35,131 nt of DNA, from positions 1-35,131 of IMG/VR virus record IMGVR_UViG_3300020044_009476; one strand, given 5' to 3'. How positions within the stretch are numbered: the stretch's first letter is position 1; each line of letters opens with the position of its first letter. The translations under genes were made by a program, and so were the position numbers. The notes beneath the pieces are model-generated. The model was given only the letters and a program-made list of their open reading frames with translations, made no database searches and had not been told where the DNA came from. Below are positions 15,506-25,286 of this stretch, one piece after another. The DNA is from a virus (Duplodnaviria; Caudoviricetes).

Positions 15506-17128
15506 TCAAATACCTTCGGTTTGAAGTGAGCAGGCGGACTTCTTTGGCCCTTGCAACACGATACTAAAATCCCGATAGAAGCCAAAAACTACCGTTACTA
15601 AGTTGTTCTCGCTGCCGATATACACCGCTGGTACAGCGCGGAGACTGGCAAGCTTACGTTTTATCGGGTATGCGTTTTCAGTGTCGATCATAATATCATA
15701 ATCACATTTATCAATATAGCGCCGCTCAACGATAATATTGTTCCCAAAAGCGTCCCGCTCCTTCCGCGAGAAGTCAATGATCCCCGCAGATGTGCCAAAT
15801 CGCGCGCAACCAAGGTCAAAGGACGACCCGACTATTAGCTTCCCGAGCATCGCGGGTGCATCGCCCCCCTCAACGGTCACTGAAACTGTGCCCCCTGCGG
15901 GCAAGCTAAAGTCAGTGTAAATTACTATATCGTTATAACTACGATCTCCAAAAAAGAACTCCCACCACCCAACCCCTGGTGGTAGCCCCAGAAGGTACTC
16001 GTCATACTCTGCCACAATGGCACCATTTGTGTCTCTTACCGTTATTATGACTCTGCCACCTGTGACATTCAGTAATACCACGGAGTTTGTACCGGCAGGT
16101 ACGGACAGCTCGGTTACAATGGTGTTGGCCCCCGCAGTAGAGACCGTCTGGGACTCCGCACCTGTGGTCATGTCAAACATTCGCCACGGGTTAGTATTGC
16201 CGTTGTCGATCCATGTGGCGGGGGTGTTTGTAGGGGGGAAGAGCCCAGTATTATTTACCGCCGCCGTATACAAACGGTGGTACGCGCCCAAGACTTGCAC
16301 CTGATCCCCTGCGAGGTACGCCGTTCCCGCTGCCCATGTGGGGGCTTCGTCTTCGTCCACATTGGAAGATACCACCGATGGGGTTGCACTGACCTGAACG
16401 TCCGCTGCACGGGTTGCGGGTGCCCCGTCAGTGTAAATGAAACTCGTAGGTACCGCACCCTCTTCAAGCTGCGCGCCCCAAAGATAGTGGAACCCTTTAC
16501 CGTCGCTGCCTCCTGCCGGGGCGCCCCCGTAGATGTTCAAACGTCGAGATTCCCCGTCAAAAGGTAGGTTTACGGTTATGGAGAGTCTTAGCCACCCGTT
16601 GTTTATCTGTTGGATACTGTTAGATATGACCCTGTTGGCAGCAAGCACAGCGGGTGCGGCAGCGTTTATGTTGAACCTAGTGAACCCTAAAAAGGTTCCC
16701 CCCGACACAGATATTGTGACTTCTGACAGCGTACCCGCTTGGGGGGTCTTTACTTTCGTGAAAATAGAGAAAGTGTACAGCCCACTTAAAGCCCCTACGC
16801 TCTGGTATACCTGCCACGCGCTAGTACCGAGGGACTCCATAAATTGCACCGGAAGGCTAGCGTCCGGATTTACCGGTGGTGTTTCAACCCCTATCCCCGT
16901 GGCTGAATTAAAGGGTGTCCACTCTGAGAAATCGTTGGAGTAGGGGACCAAGTTAGTCGCGGCGTTCTCAAATATGGGGCCTTCGTACGCCAGGGTGTTC
17001 GGGTTGTAAGACTCACGTAAAACGTCAACCGCTGCGACGGACAGTACCCCCACCGAGTTATAATACGTCGCGGAACTCGCACGCTCAAATTCAAAGTTAC
17101 TAAAAGTTAAAGGCTTTATTACCTTCAT
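15506..17128 (-). CDS. Distal tail protein with an inserted carbohydrate-binding-like domain
   Basis: Follows the TMP gene; C-terminal GIIDFSRKERDAFGN..VFGFYRDF; internal RASSATY..TNL..WGAQLEEG..TSFI.T..TRAAD module. Confidence 0.7.
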   Translation of the reverse strand: MKVIKPLTFSNFEFERASSATYYNSVGVLSVAAVDVLRESYNPNTLAYEGPIFENAATNLVPYSNDFSEWTPFNSATGIGVETPPVNPDASLPVQFMESLGTSAWQVYQSVGALSGLYTFSIFTKVKTPQAGTLSEVTISVSGGTFLGFTRFNINAAAPAVLAANRVISNSIQQINNGWLRLSITVNLPFDGESRRLNIYGGAPAGGSDGKGFHYLWGAQLEEGAVPTSFIYTDGAPATRAADVQVSATPSVVSSNVDEDEAPTWAAGTAYLAGDQVQVLGAYHRLYTAAVNNTGLFPPTNTPATWIDNGNTNPWRMFDMTTGAESQTVSTAGANTIVTELSVPAGTNSVVLLNVTGGRVIITVRDTNGAIVAEYDEYLLGLPPGVGWWEFFFGDRSYNDIVIYTDFSLPAGGTVSVTVEGGDAPAMLGKLIVGSSFDLGCARFGTSAGIIDFSRKERDAFGNNIIVERRYIDKCDYDIMIDTENAYPIKRKLASLRAVPAVYIGSENNLVTVVFGFYRDFSIVLQGPKKSACSLQTEGI

Positions 17129-20100
17129 AGTTCTGCTCTCTCTGGGGGCAAGCCGTCAACTTCCCAACGCTGTAACAAATTATTGGATTGCTGCGTATTT
17201 TTAGCGATTGCGTATTGTGACGTAAATAAATCCTGGCGCAAACCACGGAGTTCGAGTAAGAAGTCTGAGAAAGACTGATTAGCAACCGGCGCCGTGGCCA
17301 CGGTGCCTGCGTAGGGCCTGTCCACAATGGTAGGTTGCGCGGTAACACTTGGTGCGGCCATTGATATGAGTGGGGTGCCCACGTCCACCCCTGCCAAAGC
17401 GAAGGCTTCAGCCAATTTACTTACGGCCTGCGCAACAGATATAACGCTGTTGTCCACCCCTTCCAGTGCGTCCAACTGGCGCTGATAGTAACTAAGCACC
17501 TCGTCAAGGCGTTTCATTTCCTCGTCGAAATAGTCTTCCTGATTTTTGAGCATCTGTTCATCCACAGATACCTGTTCGCCCGCAGACGCTTCAAGTTCCT
17601 TTAGCGCATTTTGCGTTTGGTAGAAGTCAAGGGCGTAATCCTGGAAATTAGAGAACATGTCCACGCTGGGGCGAGACAGTGCCTCAAGGGCCGGTGCCAA
17701 CTTGTCTAAATCCGGCAAAGGTCCGCCCGCACGGCGGATGGCGTTCGCGGCGATTATGTCGGCCTGAGCTTGGCGGCGGGTTTGCGCTTCGTACTTCTCA
17801 GACTGTAGCGTCATCGAATCAAGTGTGCTGGATAGTGCGCTCGCTAACGCCTGGTGCTTGGACAAGGACTTAGTTATTGCGTCAATTGAGACTTGGTTGG
17901 CTTTTTCAATCGCCTCTCTCTCCGCCGCAACCGCGCGTTCGAGGGTGGAAAACGCCGATTTAATACCGGTTATGTAGTCTTCTGCTGCTTCGGAGTCTTC
18001 TACCAAGTCGGCAAATGCCCCTGACAAACCGATCAGTGCCGCAAACATTTCTTGTTCTGCAGCCACAGTTAAGTCAAGGCCCTCTATCAAGTCCCGGAAC
18101 GCCTCGCGGGTGGTCGGCACTTGCGTAACCCCGAGCTTAGCTAGCGCTTCGGTTAACTGTTCCATCTGTTTGGCCGCACGTTCTTCCTCTGTAAAGAAAT
18201 TCTGATAGTAGCTGCTAAGGGACGACGCGAGCTTATCAAATCCGCCTGCGGCGTCCGAGATAGCCTGGGTAGCGTCAACCGCCGCAAACCCTACGGCATT
18301 GAAGTTGAGGTCAAGTAGGTCTGCGTACTGGCTAAAAGTGTTAAGTTCGCCTGCTAGACGTATGATCGTTTCAAATGCGCCCTCGCCCACTTGCTGGAAC
18401 TTTTCAAGCACGCCGGACCCATCCGTTAGTACGCCTGCCCAGTTATCAAGTGTGGCACTGAAAAACGATTCAATTTCCTTGGTCAGGTCTTCCCCCTCAA
18501 GGTCTTTAAGCGACAACTTCTGGGGGTCAATTACCAGCTTGTCCACATAGCTCTGGAAGTCCAGACCGAACGCTTTTGCAGCTTCACCAAGGGCGGCACC
18601 CCCTGACTCAAAAACAAGAGAGAATTGACTGAGTAGCGCGTCGTCGAGCGCTGCAGTCTGATCGCTTACTTTATTGCTGGTGGTAACACCGAGTATTTTT
18701 TTCTTCGTTTGCACTGAAGCGTAGCTGAATGCTTCGACCGTGCCGCTAGCCATAATATCGGCCAGGGTTTCGCCCACAAAACCTATGCCCGAGTCGATTA
18801 CTTTTTTGCTTTTTGAATACAATGCTTTTGATACACCACCAATTACTCCGTCAATAAACGCGCTCAGTTGACCCCCGACGAGTTCAGACACGCCATACCC
18901 CACCCCAAAGAGGCCGACCCCGACGATGTCGGAGTTGAGGGTGGTCGTGCCCAAACCCGACACGTTCGGCCCCGCCACCCCTGTTCTACCGAAGATGGCC
19001 GAAGCCTGCCCTATGCCGTTTTTGATATCGGTGAGTGCGCTAAGCATCGCAGCGTTGACGTTAAGTGTATCTCCTGCGATGCCTTCCAGATTGGACATTG
19101 CGTTTGAGATAGAATCCGATTTCTCGTTGGCCATGCCGAGCAGTGTTCCGGTTGACTGGACCCCTTGCCGGTATGCGGCGGTCAGCTTCTCAAATTTTTC
19201 ATCCTGCTTCTTGTTCCAAGAATTTATAGCCGACACCGCCACTATCGCCCCTGCAGCATACACGCCACCCATGCCAACACCGGATAAAAGGCCTTGCCCA
19301 GCGCTTGCACCTCCGCCCGACACCGCCTGTTGGATGTTAAGCATGATAGGCTTGGTGACCGCCTGGTGGGCCATGTCCGCCAGCATCGACGTGAACATGT
19401 CTTTTATGGAATCAAACACACTGCGGGTACCGTTAAGCATGTCCGTCCAAATGCTCGCGCCGATCTCATCGAGGCGCTTGAACATTTCCTCTAAATTCTT
19501 GGCGTTGCTGGCCGCTTCCCGATTACCCTGTGCAAGACTTACGGCATATTTAACCTGCGCGTCAGTAGCCCCGTTAGCACGAAGCTGCATCTCAAGATAC
19601 GCGTCTGCGTTGAGCCCTAACTCGGCGCGTTCTTTTTCCAAACCTTTAATAATTTTATCAACCGCGGCAACTTTATCGTTCTCACCTTTGACCCAATCCT
19701 TCATCTTGGCCACATAGTCATCTTGGGCTGCTTTTTGGGCGTCAAGTGCGTCAAGGGTGTCGGACGCTTGGAGTAAGCGGCGGCCTTCAACACCCTCCAA
19801 GCCCCCTTTCACTTTGAGGAGGTTGTTAAGGATGTCGTACTCCATCTGCGCGGCTTTACTGGTTACGCCGTACAGCGCCGCTTCACGTTCCATACCGGCA
19901 ATAGTTTTGGCGATGGAGTCGGCGCGCGACTTCTCGTCCTCGGCGGCTTTTTTAGCGGCGTCTTTGCGGGTCTTCTCAGCGTCTTCGTCGGCTTTTACAC
20001 GCGCTTCCTTCTCTTCTTTGACCATTTTAGCGTAGACAAACTCTTCAGCAAGCAGATCGACGTATCCCTGCTGGGCAGCCTGCTTAGCGTACAGCGCAGG

Positions 20101-21789
20101 ACCCGCGAGCCCGATCAGTTCAATCTCTTCCCACATGGTGTCAAGATTTTCACGGAGTTTTGCAGGGTCGCGCAAACCCGCCAACTCCCGTTCCAACGAC
20201 ACAAGGTTAGCTTGGGCTTCTTCTAGCTTACGATTGGCATCGACAAGCCGCTCAGTGTTATCAACCGTTCCTTCCGCAACAAGACGAGATACGCCCCCAC
20301 CGTCAGAGACGGTACGGTACGCGGTTTTACCTTGTTGGGCGTTTAATTTATCCACTTCTGCGCGCTGCGCTTCTATGGACTTGGTTAATTCGTCGTACTC
20401 TTTTACTTTATCCTGGATACGATAGTCGTTCGCCGTTTGAACAACACGCCGTTGGGCATCGTTCAGCTTGTCCATTTCGGACACGAGGGAGGATATCTTG
20501 TCGGAGACTTCTTCCGATGCCTCCCCCGTCTTAAATAGGCTTGGCAATAGCGCGCCCGCTATGGCACCACCAATGGCAATTACCGCACCCGCCACGGCCC
20601 CGGTCGGACCGAACAAAGACGCGATCTGCGAGCCTTGTTGGGCAAAGACCATTAGTGGGTTGGTGCCCATCTGGAGCTGCACCGCAATATCCTGCATTTG
20701 GTAGCCGATGCCTGTGGCCACACCACGGATACCGCGCATTGAACCCATGGCGGCTTTATCGAGATTATCCAGTTGCTCGGCGAGTTGGAGGTTGGAAGAT
20801 TTTCTAGCAGCGTCTAGCGATTTTAAATCCCCGTGCTCCATACGGTACCTAAGCTGGGCCGCGCGTGAGACTTGACCGTACGTGGAAAGCTGCACGAGCA
20901 TTGACTCGGTGAGTTGGTCACTCTGCGCCTCAAGTTGTTTAGTGGCAGCGGCGAGCTGTTTCGCTTTGGCAGCTTCGGCGTCCTTTAAATCTAACGCTCT
21001 CGCACTAGCAAGTAAATCTGCTTGCTTAGCAGAACTCAACTTTGAGAGAGCCCCTAGCTCTATATCATACCTTAACTTAGCTTCACGGGAGGTTTCACCG
21101 TAAAGCGCCAACTCCTTACGCATATTGTCTTGGAGACTTACGTACTGGGAGTTCAGTTGCTGAATTGCGGCTTCTTGCTTTTTGGTAGCCGAAACCTCTG
21201 CGTCCATAGCATCCAGTGCCCTTGCGTCCAGCAACAGCTTGAATTGTTTATCTTTAGTGGCGGTTACTAAAGCGCCGTGTTCTATCTCATACCGTATTTT
21301 AGCTTCACGCGAGGTTTCGCCGTACAGCGCAATTTCGCGCTTCATAGCTTGTTCGTGTTGCAAGTACAAACCGTTGACTTTCGCCATCTCGGCGGCTTGC
21401 TCACGAAATGCGGCGTTGGCGGAGTCCATGGCGTCCAAACGGCGCATATCTTCCAAATACGCAGCTTTTTTAACTGCGTCGAGTTTTACGAGTTCAGTGT
21501 GTTCTAAATCATAACGGGCTTTGGCCACACGAGAAGTTTCGCCGTACAGCGCGAGCTCACGGTCAACATTCTGCGCCATACGGGCAAATTGTTCGTCTAG
21601 TTGCTTAGTGGCCTGTGCAGCTTGCTTCATCGCTTTGTCGGTGTAATTACCGAACTCATCGACGGCCATGCCCATTTCTTTCATTTGCTTCTTGGTGATA
21701 CGGGCGGCTTGATCCAGGGGGCCGGTGAAAGCCCCCACGTTAGCCACGACATCGAGAGTTAGCGTCCCCAAACTGTTTGATACGGCCAC
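17125..21789 (-). CDS. Tail tape measure protein
   Basis: 1554 aa, Ala-rich helical; SLGTLTLDVVA N-terminus; lambda-type GYQMQDIAVQLQMGTNPLMVFAQQGSQI motif. Confidence 0.95.
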   Translation of the reverse strand: MAVSNSLGTLTLDVVANVGAFTGPLDQAARITKKQMKEMGMAVDEFGNYTDKAMKQAAQATKQLDEQFARMAQNVDRELALYGETSRVAKARYDLEHTELVKLDAVKKAAYLEDMRRLDAMDSANAAFREQAAEMAKVNGLYLQHEQAMKREIALYGETSREAKIRYEIEHGALVTATKDKQFKLLLDARALDAMDAEVSATKKQEAAIQQLNSQYVSLQDNMRKELALYGETSREAKLRYDIELGALSKLSSAKQADLLASARALDLKDAEAAKAKQLAAATKQLEAQSDQLTESMLVQLSTYGQVSRAAQLRYRMEHGDLKSLDAARKSSNLQLAEQLDNLDKAAMGSMRGIRGVATGIGYQMQDIAVQLQMGTNPLMVFAQQGSQIASLFGPTGAVAGAVIAIGGAIAGALLPSLFKTGEASEEVSDKISSLVSEMDKLNDAQRRVVQTANDYRIQDKVKEYDELTKSIEAQRAEVDKLNAQQGKTAYRTVSDGGGVSRLVAEGTVDNTERLVDANRKLEEAQANLVSLERELAGLRDPAKLRENLDTMWEEIELIGLAGPALYAKQAAQQGYVDLLAEEFVYAKMVKEEKEARVKADEDAEKTRKDAAKKAAEDEKSRADSIAKTIAGMEREAALYGVTSKAAQMEYDILNNLLKVKGGLEGVEGRRLLQASDTLDALDAQKAAQDDYVAKMKDWVKGENDKVAAVDKIIKGLEKERAELGLNADAYLEMQLRANGATDAQVKYAVSLAQGNREAASNAKNLEEMFKRLDEIGASIWTDMLNGTRSVFDSIKDMFTSMLADMAHQAVTKPIMLNIQQAVSGGGASAGQGLLSGVGMGGVYAAGAIVAVSAINSWNKKQDEKFEKLTAAYRQGVQSTGTLLGMANEKSDSISNAMSNLEGIAGDTLNVNAAMLSALTDIKNGIGQASAIFGRTGVAGPNVSGLGTTTLNSDIVGVGLFGVGYGVSELVGGQLSAFIDGVIGGVSKALYSKSKKVIDSGIGFVGETLADIMASGTVEAFSYASVQTKKKILGVTTSNKVSDQTAALDDALLSQFSLVFESGGAALGEAAKAFGLDFQSYVDKLVIDPQKLSLKDLEGEDLTKEIESFFSATLDNWAGVLTDGSGVLEKFQQVGEGAFETIIRLAGELNTFSQYADLLDLNFNAVGFAAVDATQAISDAAGGFDKLASSLSSYYQNFFTEEERAAKQMEQLTEALAKLGVTQVPTTREAFRDLIEGLDLTVAAEQEMFAALIGLSGAFADLVEDSEAAEDYITGIKSAFSTLERAVAAEREAIEKANQVSIDAITKSLSKHQALASALSSTLDSMTLQSEKYEAQTRRQAQADIIAANAIRRAGGPLPDLDKLAPALEALSRPSVDMFSNFQDYALDFYQTQNALKELEASAGEQVSVDEQMLKNQEDYFDEEMKRLDEVLSYYQRQLDALEGVDNSVISVAQAVSKLAEAFALAGVDVGTPLISMAAPSVTAQPTIVDRPYAGTVATAPVANQSFSDFLLELRGLRQDLFTSQYAIAKNTQQSNNLLQRWEVDGLPPERAEL

Positions 21790-22124
21790 TATATCAACCC
21801 TTTCTCTATTGCTTCATCAAGTGTTATTTCGCGTTTTAGTTCCGCGAACCCGTCTTCGTGTGGCATAAAGTCCGCAACAGTGAAAGGCATATTAAGGTCG
21901 GAGTCTTTTTTTAGTCCCGCAGCATTGCAGATTAGCTCGCAGATCCTCGCCAGCGCCTGCTCAACTCTGCGTGGCGTGGAGAGCGTACCGCGAACGTTGC
22001 GGTACCTCACCCAATCCACGTACTCGGTGAGAAGCATATTTTCTTTGGCTTCGGAGATGGTTCTACCCCCGATGCCATTGAGAACAAGTTCGTGCCAGAT
22101 TTCGTCCTCTGGCTTTAAACCTTT
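21789..22124 (-). CDS. Tail assembly chaperone, T moiety (expressed as a G-T fusion by -1 frameshift)
   Basis: The -1 frame reads KGLKPEDEIWHELVLNGIGGRTISEAKENM...DFMPHE, typical of HK97-like T moieties. Confidence 0.85.
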   Translation of the reverse strand, partial: KGLKPEDEIWHELVLNGIGGRTISEAKENMLLTEYVDWVRYRNVRGTLSTPRRVEQALARICELICNAAGLKKDSDLNMPFTVADFMPHEDGFAELKREITLDEAIEKGLI

Positions 22125-22477
22125 GCTTCTTCCTTTACCTCTTCCTTCGGTTTGCGGGATTCATCAAACTCGTACACCGCTGTAACCAACGCCCAGCCAA
22201 GTGACGGGTGCAGGTTTGCGGCATCTTCAAAGGACATCTTCTCTCCGCCAAAACGTACACGCTCGACGATATTACGCGCCAAACGCTCCGTGTCGCGGGT
22301 TTTTGCAGAACCAATGGTGATACGCTCAGACGCCGCAAAGCTGATGTTAGCCACAATGCCGATAGTGGCTGTGTACTCAACCTCATCTTGCGCCCACTTG
22401 ATTTCTTTTTCCACCAGTTCGTTGGAATTGGCCACAGTAGCTGCAGCCAAGATATCTTTCAGATTTGTTAGTTGCAT
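22115..22477 (-). CDS. Tail assembly chaperone G
   Basis: Lies between the tail tube and TMP genes; ends GCA AAG GTT TAA over an open -1 frame. Confidence 0.85.
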   Translation of the reverse strand: MQLTNLKDILAAATVANSNELVEKEIKWAQDEVEYTATIGIVANISFAASERITIGSAKTRDTERLARNIVERVRFGGEKMSFEDAANLHPSLGWALVTAVYEFDESRKPKEEVKEEAKV

Positions 22478-22492
22478 ATTTAACCTATAAGA

Positions 22493-22969
22493 TTAAGCTT
22501 TTGGGATAATCTCACGACGGCCGGACTGCTGGACGGTAAAGTTCGATTGAACGGTAGAGTTGATGGCGAAATCCAAAGGCAGATCAGCCACGTACCCTGT
22601 GAAAACAATCCAGGTGCGGGTGGTCGGGAGGACGAAGTCACCTTGAGAGTCCACACCGGTAGGAGCCACGGTACCGTTAGACAAGCCGATGGCGAATTGA
22701 GCAACGACTTGGTTTTTATTCAAGTCCTCAATGAGCATGTGGCTTTCTTTGGCAGTGTCGAAGTCAAGACCGATGGTGGCAGCGCCAGGAGATGGCATAC
22801 CGGGTACGAATTCCATCGCCGTAGAGTCAAGACACGTAGTGTCGATCTGCGGGGTAGACAGGCTCAAACCGGAAATGCTTTTAGGGCAGTCCAGCTTGGT
22901 AATTACGTCACCGAATGGCGTGCTTCGTGGGTCAAGGATGTAGAGCTGGGTACCCTTAGTTAAAATCAT
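22493..22969 (-). CDS. Major tail (tube) protein
   Basis: GGAGA RBS; TKGTQLY, QIDTTCL, GLSNGT.APT, RTW..FTGYV..P.D. Confidence 0.9.
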   Translation of the reverse strand: MILTKGTQLYILDPRSTPFGDVITKLDCPKSISGLSLSTPQIDTTCLDSTAMEFVPGMPSPGAATIGLDFDTAKESHMLIEDLNKNQVVAQFAIGLSNGTVAPTGVDSQGDFVLPTTRTWIVFTGYVADLPLDFAINSTVQSNFTVQQSGRREIIPKA

Positions 22970-23069
22970 TGTAAATCTCCCGTAGGGATTGTGCCGCCTC
23001 ACGGCGGGAAGTTAAAAATGCGCCCTACATCACGTTTCACAACGTTACTTCAGGCGACTTGTCTTACCC

Positions 23070-23078
23070 ATAATACCA
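23070..23078 (-). promoter_or_regulatory. Possible extended -10 promoter upstream of the tail tube gene
   Basis: TGgTATTAT on the minus strand in a 113-nt intergenic gap. Confidence 0.35.
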
Positions 23079-23082
23079 CACT

Positions 23083-23445
23083 TTAGCGATTTACAAACCA
23101 GTCTACGCTAAAGGTTATGCGGTAATCACTTGTAGGGGCTTCACGCCCCTCGCCGTCCCAACTCGTTATGTGCGTCACCTGTTCGATTGCATCGCGAAGG
23201 GCGATTTTTACCGCTTCGGCAGACTGCGGCGTGGTGGCGTAAATATCAATTTGGGTGGCGTTCTCGTCGTTCTCTGGACGCTCCGACAAGTTGTTGTTCG
23301 GAAAGCCGGTGGTCAATTGCCACGTAACGTAAGGGCGCAACACGTTAGCAGGCGCTTGGCCGAAAGCATAAACCCGTAAATTTGGGTGCGCTCCAAGCAG
23401 CGAAGTGACTGCGGGGGCTGCGCGTAATACATCATATACCGGCAT
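23083..23445 (-). CDS. Tail completion/terminator protein (DUF3168-like)
   Basis: RVYAFGQAP..PYVTWQ, QIDIYA, FSVDW; syntenic position. Confidence 0.85.
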   Translation of the reverse strand: MPVYDVLRAAPAVTSLLGAHPNLRVYAFGQAPANVLRPYVTWQLTTGFPNNNLSERPENDENATQIDIYATTPQSAEAVKIALRDAIEQVTHITSWDGEGREAPTSDYRITFSVDWFVNR

Positions 23446-23447
23446 AT

Positions 23448-23927
23448 TTATTTACCCGCCTTACGGATGGCGCGCGTGAGTGCTGCGCCGAACTCGTCCA
23501 CAAAGGTTTTAGTTAGTGGGCCTATATTCTCCGCCAGCGACCGGCGCATAAAGGGCTGGGCGCGAGTCTTTTGTGTACCGAACTCCAAGTGCCGCCAGTA
23601 CCGGGTGTCTTTGCCTGGGTTTCCGGCAAGGGCTTCGGAGGGTTTGTTGCCCCCTGCACCGCCACGGATACCGACACGGAACCCGACTCGTCCTGTCGCC
23701 TCGAACTGCTTACGGTTGAAGCGCAGGGTCACGTTGGCCGGAATTGATCGGTCTGTGCTAGGGTCATCCACACGTTCAGCATTGGCCTTTACGATTGCAG
23801 CCAATTGGACGGCAGCTTTACGCAGGGCGAATCTTCCCCCCCTGTAGCGAACGTCGTCATTCACAGCCTTTATCTTGAGCTGCAAGCCTTCAAGTCCGAG
23901 AATACTAAACTGTACGGTTTCCGACAT
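23448..23927 (-). CDS. HK97 gp10-like neck/tail morphogenesis protein
   Basis: ALRKAA, YWRHLEFGTQKTRAQPFMR. Confidence 0.9.
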   Translation of the reverse strand: MSETVQFSILGLEGLQLKIKAVNDDVRYRGGRFALRKAAVQLAAIVKANAERVDDPSTDRSIPANVTLRFNRKQFEATGRVGFRVGIRGGAGGNKPSEALAGNPGKDTRYWRHLEFGTQKTRAQPFMRRSLAENIGPLTKTFVDEFGAALTRAIRKAGK

Positions 23928-24723
23928 CTTTCATCTCCAGTAGCGCGGTGAGTGCCGCCCCACTTGATATTTCGTCGAGTTGCCATTGTTTCCACGCGAG
24001 GTTGCACATCCACTCCGTCCGGTCAGGGGCCGTAAAGTCACCGACCACGTGCCCTGCCACAGGCCACGCCATCGAACCCGGATCTGCAGCAACCGCAGGC
24101 ACACCCGCGATAACGGCGTCAACAGCGGAATTGCTATTGTACGTTAAAACAACGTGGGCTTTCTCTAAATCGTGCGCCAACTCATGCGACGACCGTTCAG
24201 TCTGCGGTACGCTTTGGCGGAAACCTTTACGCTCAGCAAGGGGGTGGGGACGGAAGACAACGGGGAGGCCATACGCCTTGGACGCTTGCTGGGCCGTCTC
24301 TTCGTACCACGGCATGAGATTGCGACCCTGCAGGCTGGCGTCGCCCGGTACCTGCCCCATTAACAAGACGTACTCCCCTCCTGTTTTACGCCACGGTTTA
24401 AAACTGTGGTGCATACAGAACCGGTCACCGTTATCATTTGGTTGGACGGGGAACTCGCCTCGACCGTTCAGGCCATTCCAACACAGTGACGTCCATTCAA
24501 ACCTATTTCCTAGGTACCCCCTCTCCATGACGAGTACAGTGTGGCCTTGTTCACGCAATGCTTTGCCAAGTCGCCAACCCCAACACGCAACGAACTCGGT
24601 ACGAGAGCTGCAAGCCGTGGTGAGCACCGGCTCAATGCCATGCGCACGAAGACCTTCTGCCATCGCTTCTTGATGCTGCAGTTGGTGTGCTGCGCGGGGG
24701 CTGGAGACTACCGTAAATTGCAT
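23905..24723 (-). CDS. KpsS/KpsC-like (capsule synthesis, GT-B fold) glycosyltransferase
   Basis: MERGY, LLMGQVPGDASL (QxxxD), VVFRPHP (HP), TYNSNSAVDAVIAGVP. Confidence 0.7.
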   Translation of the reverse strand: MQFTVVSSPRAAHQLQHQEAMAEGLRAHGIEPVLTTACSSRTEFVACWGWRLGKALREQGHTVLVMERGYLGNRFEWTSLCWNGLNGRGEFPVQPNDNGDRFCMHHSFKPWRKTGGEYVLLMGQVPGDASLQGRNLMPWYEETAQQASKAYGLPVVFRPHPLAERKGFRQSVPQTERSSHELAHDLEKAHVVLTYNSNSAVDAVIAGVPAVAADPGSMAWPVAGHVVGDFTAPDRTEWMCNLAWKQWQLDEISSGAALTALLEMKDVGNRTV

Positions 24724-25286
24724 AAACCGATGCCCATAATTGACCCTTCGTCAACAAACTCGACGGTGTTCTCGTGCTTACTGCGGATCTCTTTCCACAG
24801 TCTGGGGACTTCCACTGGGGTGTGGAATACCTTCTCGCGCTGGCCGGTACCCACAATATCGTGGAACGCGATCAAAGGCGCCGCACTACGGTAGTTTTCC
24901 CAGTCTGTCTTGACGCCTTTGTATGTATGGTCACCGTCAATCAAAGCGGCATCAAAAGGCCCCTTTGACTTCACACGCTCGACGATTTTAGCGGCGGTGC
25001 TGTCCCCTATAATCACATCAATGAGGTATCCGCGCGTACGCAGGTCGGACGCCGCGTTCTGGAGGTAGTCCCCGCTTGACTTCCTGCCCCATAGGGCGCC
25101 TGGAAGATCAACCGCCAAACCGTAGCTGCCCTCCGGCAAGCTAAGCATGATCTCGTGAAAGGTGTCCCCGTGACGAGAACCGATCTCAAGGTATTTTCTA
25201 ACTCCGCAGTCTTGCAGGTACTTTATGAAGCTGCGCAACTCGAATTCGTTTTGGGAAGGTTTTCTTCCGGAAAAGGTGTTAAGCAC
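24708..25286 (-). CDS. Class I SAM-dependent methyltransferase (Methyltransf_24-like)
   Basis: YLEIGSRHGDT, IIGDS, FDAALIDGDHTYKGV, IAFHDI; GAGG RBS before GTG at 25286. Confidence 0.9.
   Translation of the reverse strand: MLNTFSGRKPSQNEFELRSFIKYLQDCGVRKYLEIGSRHGDTFHEIMLSLPEGSYGLAVDLPGALWGRKSSGDYLQNAASDLRTRGYLIDVIIGDSTAAKIVERVKSKGPFDAALIDGDHTYKGVKTDWENYRSAAPLIAFHDIVGTGQREKVFHTPVEVPRLWKEIRSKHENTVEFVDEGSIMGIGLCNLR

Noticed and set aside
23013-23057. Kink-turn or box C/D motif (CUGA and GUGAUG) in the tail tube leader
   Set aside because: The extra nucleotides fall on the wrong strand for a canonical K-turn.
24708-25286. DNA methyltransferase
   Set aside because: It lacks DPPY/NPPY or PC motifs; the IDGDH and HD motifs fit small-molecule or sugar methyltransferases.
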